From Minutocellus sp. GHC0000111 (Eukaryota), in assembly GCA_977018835.1 (NCBI GenBank), contig OZ361256.1, forward strand, positions 1,736,001-1,800,000: a stretch of 64,000 bases of DNA, in the 5' to 3' direction. The stretch's first letter is position 1. Each line of letters starts with the position of its first letter. Below the pieces are notes generated by a model. It had not been told where the DNA came from and did not search any database. It saw only the letters and a program-made list of their open reading frames with translations. The translations under genes and the position numbers were made by a program. Shown here piece after piece: positions 59,018-64,000 of the stretch.

Positions 59018-60734
59018 CTGCTACGCAAGTACCACAGCCCTCCGTCCAATGCCGCATCCCCTCCTCCTCATCAGCGGCCTGCTCCTACACCTAGCGTCGC
59101 AGCAGCTGCTACTACTGCTGCTACTTCTGCCACCAGGACCAGTCCGGTCGCTCCTCGGCCTCGGCCTCGGCCCGTCGTCCAAAATGAACATGGTAGGACC
59201 AATGCCGTCCGTGCTCGCGCACCTGCGCCAGAGCCAGAGCCAGTTCAGGTGCAGCAACCGCCTCAAGAAGAAGAAATCGGGGAGGATGTCATCCCTCAAC
59301 TAGACCAAAGTGACCAGAGTGTGCTCGGCAGGTATCCCTTTCTCATGATCCTCCTCCTCGTTTGTGCTCCCTTGGGCATCGGTGTGTTCCTTGGTTCTTC
59401 CGGATTGGCCCGCCCGGCCCTCAAGGACTTTACCGACGAGCTGGGGGGGATGCTGGCCGAAACCAAACGGAATCTTCTCCCCGGTCAGCAGGCCAACTCA
59501 CAACTCTTCCGGTGTCTGGCCGACTCGCCGGACGTTCCTGCCGTTGAGCATACTGATGCGGATGCAAATGAGGAGGGGGATGACGCTACCCGCAGTACAA
59601 CCATCAGTAGTGCCAGCAGTGGAGACGATTCTTCTTGGTGGACCAAAACGCCGCCGGCACTTTTATCCAGGACCACCGCTGCCGCCAGTACCACCAAGAC
59701 ATGCGCCGGTTCTGCCAATCCTCTGCCCTGTCCTCGCCACGGACGTTGCGCCCATGGGTTCCTGGTCGATTGCAAGGCCGATGATGCCATCGCTGGTCTC
59801 TTTGCCGTATCGGAGGAATCTTTTGCCGAATGCGTCCTCTCCCCCGAGGCCAAGCAGATTGTTTCTGCCATCCAAGGCAAGGTGATTGACCTGTCCATCG
59901 AGCAAAAGTGCAACGTCAGCTGTCGCTGGGGCGTGGGCGTTCCCTTTATTAGCTCTACCATGACGCCCAAGGAACGATGCGGTGGCATTGACCCCGATGA
60001 TGTCATGGCTGTCCGTTCAAAGGACGACACCGTGGACTACTTCTTCTCCGTCGATGGTTTGGTCGGAGCAATGAACTATGATGCTACAGGTGCTGCGGAT
60101 CCTCCTATTGCAGGCACGCCTGCTATTAGTAGCGAAATTGTACAGCTCCTGTCACCTCACCTGGATGAAGGCATTATCAAGTACATTCCGGGATCATCAG
60201 CAATTCTCACCCCGAGAATTGGTTTGGCCATTGACTTTGTCAACAACAAGCTCGACGAATATCTTCCGTTCTCCTGCTGGTTCCCTGCCAAGGTTTGGGA
60301 ATGCGTCCTCTTCCTTCTGGGTCTTGTCGTTATTTTCTTCTCGTGGATCTTCCGCTTCATTCGAACCAATCCTGGGCGTGCCTTTTACATCTTCCTAACA
60401 AGCGTGGCTGCGCAACACGTCTATCTCTGGGTGGAGAGACGTCTCATCACTCGCGAGGCCAAGATTGTTGTTGAGCTAGTGCGCAATGAACTTGCCGCCC
60501 ACCCTCAGGGTGCTGCAGTCCGCCAGTTGCATGTCCGTGACGACATTGGACAGACTTACCATGTGTACGCTGGAACCAGTGCTCGCGCCGGACTTCGAAG
60601 AAAGTGGATGTACCGAAAGGTCTGGAAACACACAAAGAGATTGAGAGGGATCGGCGATTCCGCTCTGAGAAGCGACCGAGCGAGGCAAGTACATGGAATA
60701 CTGGGTCGTTGAGTTCAAGAGCAAGAGGGGCTGA
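59018..60734 (+). CDS. Man1/Src1 (MSC domain)-like inner nuclear membrane protein; start unresolved, frameshift(s) near the 3' end
   Basis: TM1, lumenal LPCPRHGRC...C motif, TM2, then LHVRDDI...VWK. The expected GKYMEYW tail sits in another frame ending with TGA at 60734. The frame is open upstream of the GTG to about 59018 without an ATG. Confidence 0.6.
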
Positions 60735-60888
60735 ATCGATTGAGTTGGCGGCATTGGTGAAATTACGAGAATAATAAAAAAGAGAACTAACATATAAGAA
60801 CCTGTTTCGGGCTTGCTGCTGTTATCATTACTTCTACGACGAAAACCAGTAGCAATTACGACGTAGAAAACTCGTCTCGTCTCCATGC

Positions 60889-63800
60889 TCACGTCGAAAA
60901 TAGTCCGCCAGCATCGTAGATTGTGGGCTCATCCGCCTTTGCTGCCTGTTGTTTCCGAACCATCGACGCCGTTACCAATTTTTCAGTATCGCCGGCCACC
61001 CAATCTCTCTTGATGTTTTGGCCAAGAAGACCCTCGCTCTCGTCTGCTCGACCAAAGACGCTGTCTGACGACGCGCCCTCGGCCTGCTTCAGATTTTCAG
61101 CTGCAACCCGAAGCAGCTCGCGGAGCGCATCCTTCTGGTCCTTGGCACTGCGCTTCTCGGACATATCAGCGTCGAGTTGGCGCACCTTCTCCACCCCAAT
61201 GCCTGGGAGCCCGGCAAAGACTTCCCGAGGTAGGTCGGTGGGGATGCAGAGGATTCCTCCCCCGATAAGTGGCTTGTCGGCGTTCTTGGCCTGCTCAAAT
61301 GCTTGCGGGTTGGTCGGATCCTTTGGCTGCTGCATCGCTGGACCTTGCCCTCCGGGTAGCAGCGTTTGTCCCAACACCAACCGTACATAAATGTCTCGGA
61401 TTAGATTGATCATATCCCATTCGATGCCCACCATCCACTTTGGCTCTGTCACGATGGCCTTGACAGCCTTTCCAAACATTCGTGAGCCAATGAGTTGAGT
61501 GTACCGTGCATCCCAGGCACAGGCTTCGAGGATTCGATGGCAGATCTTGGTACACCGACGGCAGGTGTAGGCGTCGGGATACTCTAGCGCGTCAACAACT
61601 GCCGATGCCAGCGAGTAGGCTACTCTCTCATCGGCGAGGAGGATGAAGCGACACATTTCATTGATGCGGAGCGTTTTCCTGGCCTCAATGGCTGCCTCGT
61701 TTTCGCCCCGAGGCGTTCCGTCGGCATTAAGCCGCGTTGCGTTGTCGTTGTTGATGCGAGAAATCGGGCCCGATGATAACTTGGAGGCGTCGCCCTTCTT
61801 CATGGCTTGTTCCTCCTTTGCTTGATTCGCAAGCACCAGGGCCCTGCATTATGTTTGACAATGTGAAGCAATTCGATTATGCAGAGATGAGCTTTTTCTA
61901 TTCCACGAGAGCAAAAAAGAAGTAGGAAAATTTCGACAAGCTCGTCCTTTGGCTTTGACTCACCAATCGCCCTTGAGTGCAAGTGCTGATTGCAGCACGT
62001 CGCTGAAAGTTCTGCTCAATTCAACACGGACTTTCTCAACGGCGGCCTCAACGCCGACGCCCTGCATATCTCCAACAAAGAGCCCTCCCCGGATATAATA
62101 CGAGGTGAACCATTGTTCTCCTCCCAAAGCGGCTACGGAGGCGGCCGCATCGCAGCCCACCGTCGTGAGAGCCTTGAGAGATGATGAATCATTTGGATTT
62201 GATGAGTCCAGGACCGGCTTCCAACTCATTTGGCCACAAGACTGGCTCCAGAATGGGTGAAAAATGCGTCTGATAGAGTGTCACCGGGCAGGCAAGCAAC
62301 AGTATCTCGATGAATTGTTTTCTGAGCTCAAAAGAAGTGAATAAAAGAGAAAGAAATGGGCATGTGAGTATTGTGCTGCCCTTTTGCAGACAAAAAATCA
62401 TTTCGACAATGAAAAAGAGGATAAAACCAACATAACGGTAAAAATGCTCACAGATACTGGGTAAAATGACGATGTTCCATTGCCTGCAAATGACTTGAAT
62501 TGACGACAACCGAGACCAATTCAGGGAATATGCCTGATACTTCGGGAGCAAAGAGGGCTCGTTGCCCGGAAAGTAATCCAAGTAACTGAAAACTGGTATT
62601 CCGCAGCTCGTTGAACCAGCCGGACCACTTGGGAGCAAGGTTGACGTCCCTTCGGTCCCATCCTGCTCCTACAGTGCCGGCAGTTCCTCCCTCGCCAAAT
62701 ACACCGCCAGTACTAGTGTCCTGCTTCATAGCTAGATAGGCTTCGTCATCAGAGATGGCAAACACGTAGCGTTGTATTGGGTTCTTGAGCAGGACCGCCT
62801 GGTATTGCCGCTGCCAAAGCTGGAGCGTCACATCGAGGACTCGGATGAGGGTAGGAAGAATACGGGGCCATAGCGGGACGAAAGGGTCGTTGATGGCAAG
62901 ATCGCTAATACCAACAGGTCCCTCGTCGGGAAAGTTGTTACCAGGAAGAGATCCAACCACCGATGTTACAACGGGAATCCCTCCGTTGGGTCGTTTCCTT
63001 GCGGCTTCGTTACAACGTTTTCCCACCGACAAAAGTTGGTTGAGAGCCGAGAAGAGACTGGCGAATGTATCAGACACCTGCTTCACATGAGTTGGATCAG
63101 TTGCACTGGATGGGTTGTTTCCTGCTTGTACTATGCCCATCACAGTCATAAAAATCTCCACAGACCTCAAAGATTCCTTGGTAGCTTGGGATTCCACAAT
63201 CTCCAGAGCGTTGGCAAGGACGTCGGCAATGAAATTTGCTCGGGCGACGGGGTCTTCCACAGCTGTCGCGACACAAGAAAGGAATTCATAAAAATGCATT
63301 CTCTGAGGGGGTTGGAGACTATCGGAGGATAGCAATGACTTTGCGCGTTCACTTAGCTGGGCCAGCCACGGGACGAGATGATGTGGTACCTTCTTCGATA
63401 CCCCGATCAGAGCGATGCCACTTCTCTTTCGGAGGCCGGCGACATCGTCCGTGAGCCGTCGCTCGCCATTCGTCGCATTTCCTGGCTTCCACTCCTCTAC
63501 ATTCAAATACTGAAGAAGCCCATCAACGCCTTGAAGGAGGGTGGAAGGATCGTGCGCCCAATAGTGCTTGAGAGCGCCAAGCATATCCGATCGTCGATAT
63601 TTGAGCCACGTGTCTGTCGGATTCCAAGACACAATCATTTGCGCAAGATCCGACAGCCGTGCCCGAACCTCGGTGTTGATGGCCATCTTCTTTGGATAAA
63701 GACCTGCGGTATTCTGACGGATTGACCACTCTGGAAGGCCTTGCAAAATATTATCGAGCGGCTGGGTGATTCCCTCAAATTGTAGAACGGCCTCGCTCAA

Positions 63801-64000
63801 CTGAGTGAGCTGATTGTTTGCAGGATTCAAATGATTCCGAGGTTCCCCGTTGCCATGCAAAGACAGCAACTCTTGTATCCTAGAATGAATCGTCGCAGCA
63901 GATATTTTCGGCTCTGCGTTGCCAATGAACTTGAGGAGCTGGCTACATTTCGATCGTAAGTCACAAAGCCAGGCATCGTACTCCTCACCATCAGTCCAGC
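60889..64000 (-). CDS. XPO5: Exportin-5 (Msn5/HASTY)-like, 5' end outside the window; apparent indel near 62235
   Basis: WTDGEEYDAW, MEHRHFTQYL|KQFIEILLLACP...PILEP, D|WALVLAN with introns 62451-62322 and 61963-61844; helical HEAT-like composition; KRSAKDQKDALRELL near the C-terminus. Confidence 0.72.

Overview
Gene-dense eukaryotic nuclear DNA with short GT-AG introns, almost certainly from a diatom: it has a silicanin-like gene, bipartite plastid-type presequences and the esterase D-formaldehyde dehydrogenase fusion. About 27 protein-coding loci are supported: ICME-like esterase (partial), SLC6 transporter, two 2OG-Fe(II) oxygenases, F-box-like protein, RING/Sel1 protein, trypsin, formin, Tul1-like E3 ligase, SFT2, two thioredoxin/PDI proteins, FGH-FALDH fusion, cyclophilin, TPR protein, isocitrate lyase, SLC25 carrier, HDAC-family protein, AKR, SET-like protein, AK-HSDH, silicanin-like protein, Man1/Src1-like protein, exportin-5 (partial) and two unknown membrane proteins. 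Highlights missed by the ORF track: (1) a four-exon PDI-like selenoprotein with an in-frame TGA in its active site (WUGHC) and a candidate SECIS hairpin; (2) a 3.87-kb DD39D mariner-like transposon with perfect 32-bp TIRs, whose interrupted transposase carries PHD-like and Tudor-like N-terminal modules; (3) a 294-bp MITE with GAG...CTC ends and a TAAA target duplication; (4) apparent pseudo-enzymes (a lumen-targeted AKR and a degenerate HSDH domain); (5) an FH1-less formin with WH2-like motifs; (6) recurrent TA-flanked palindromes between genes. Several genes carry small indels that may be assembly errors. All family calls come from motif recognition by eye, not database searches.
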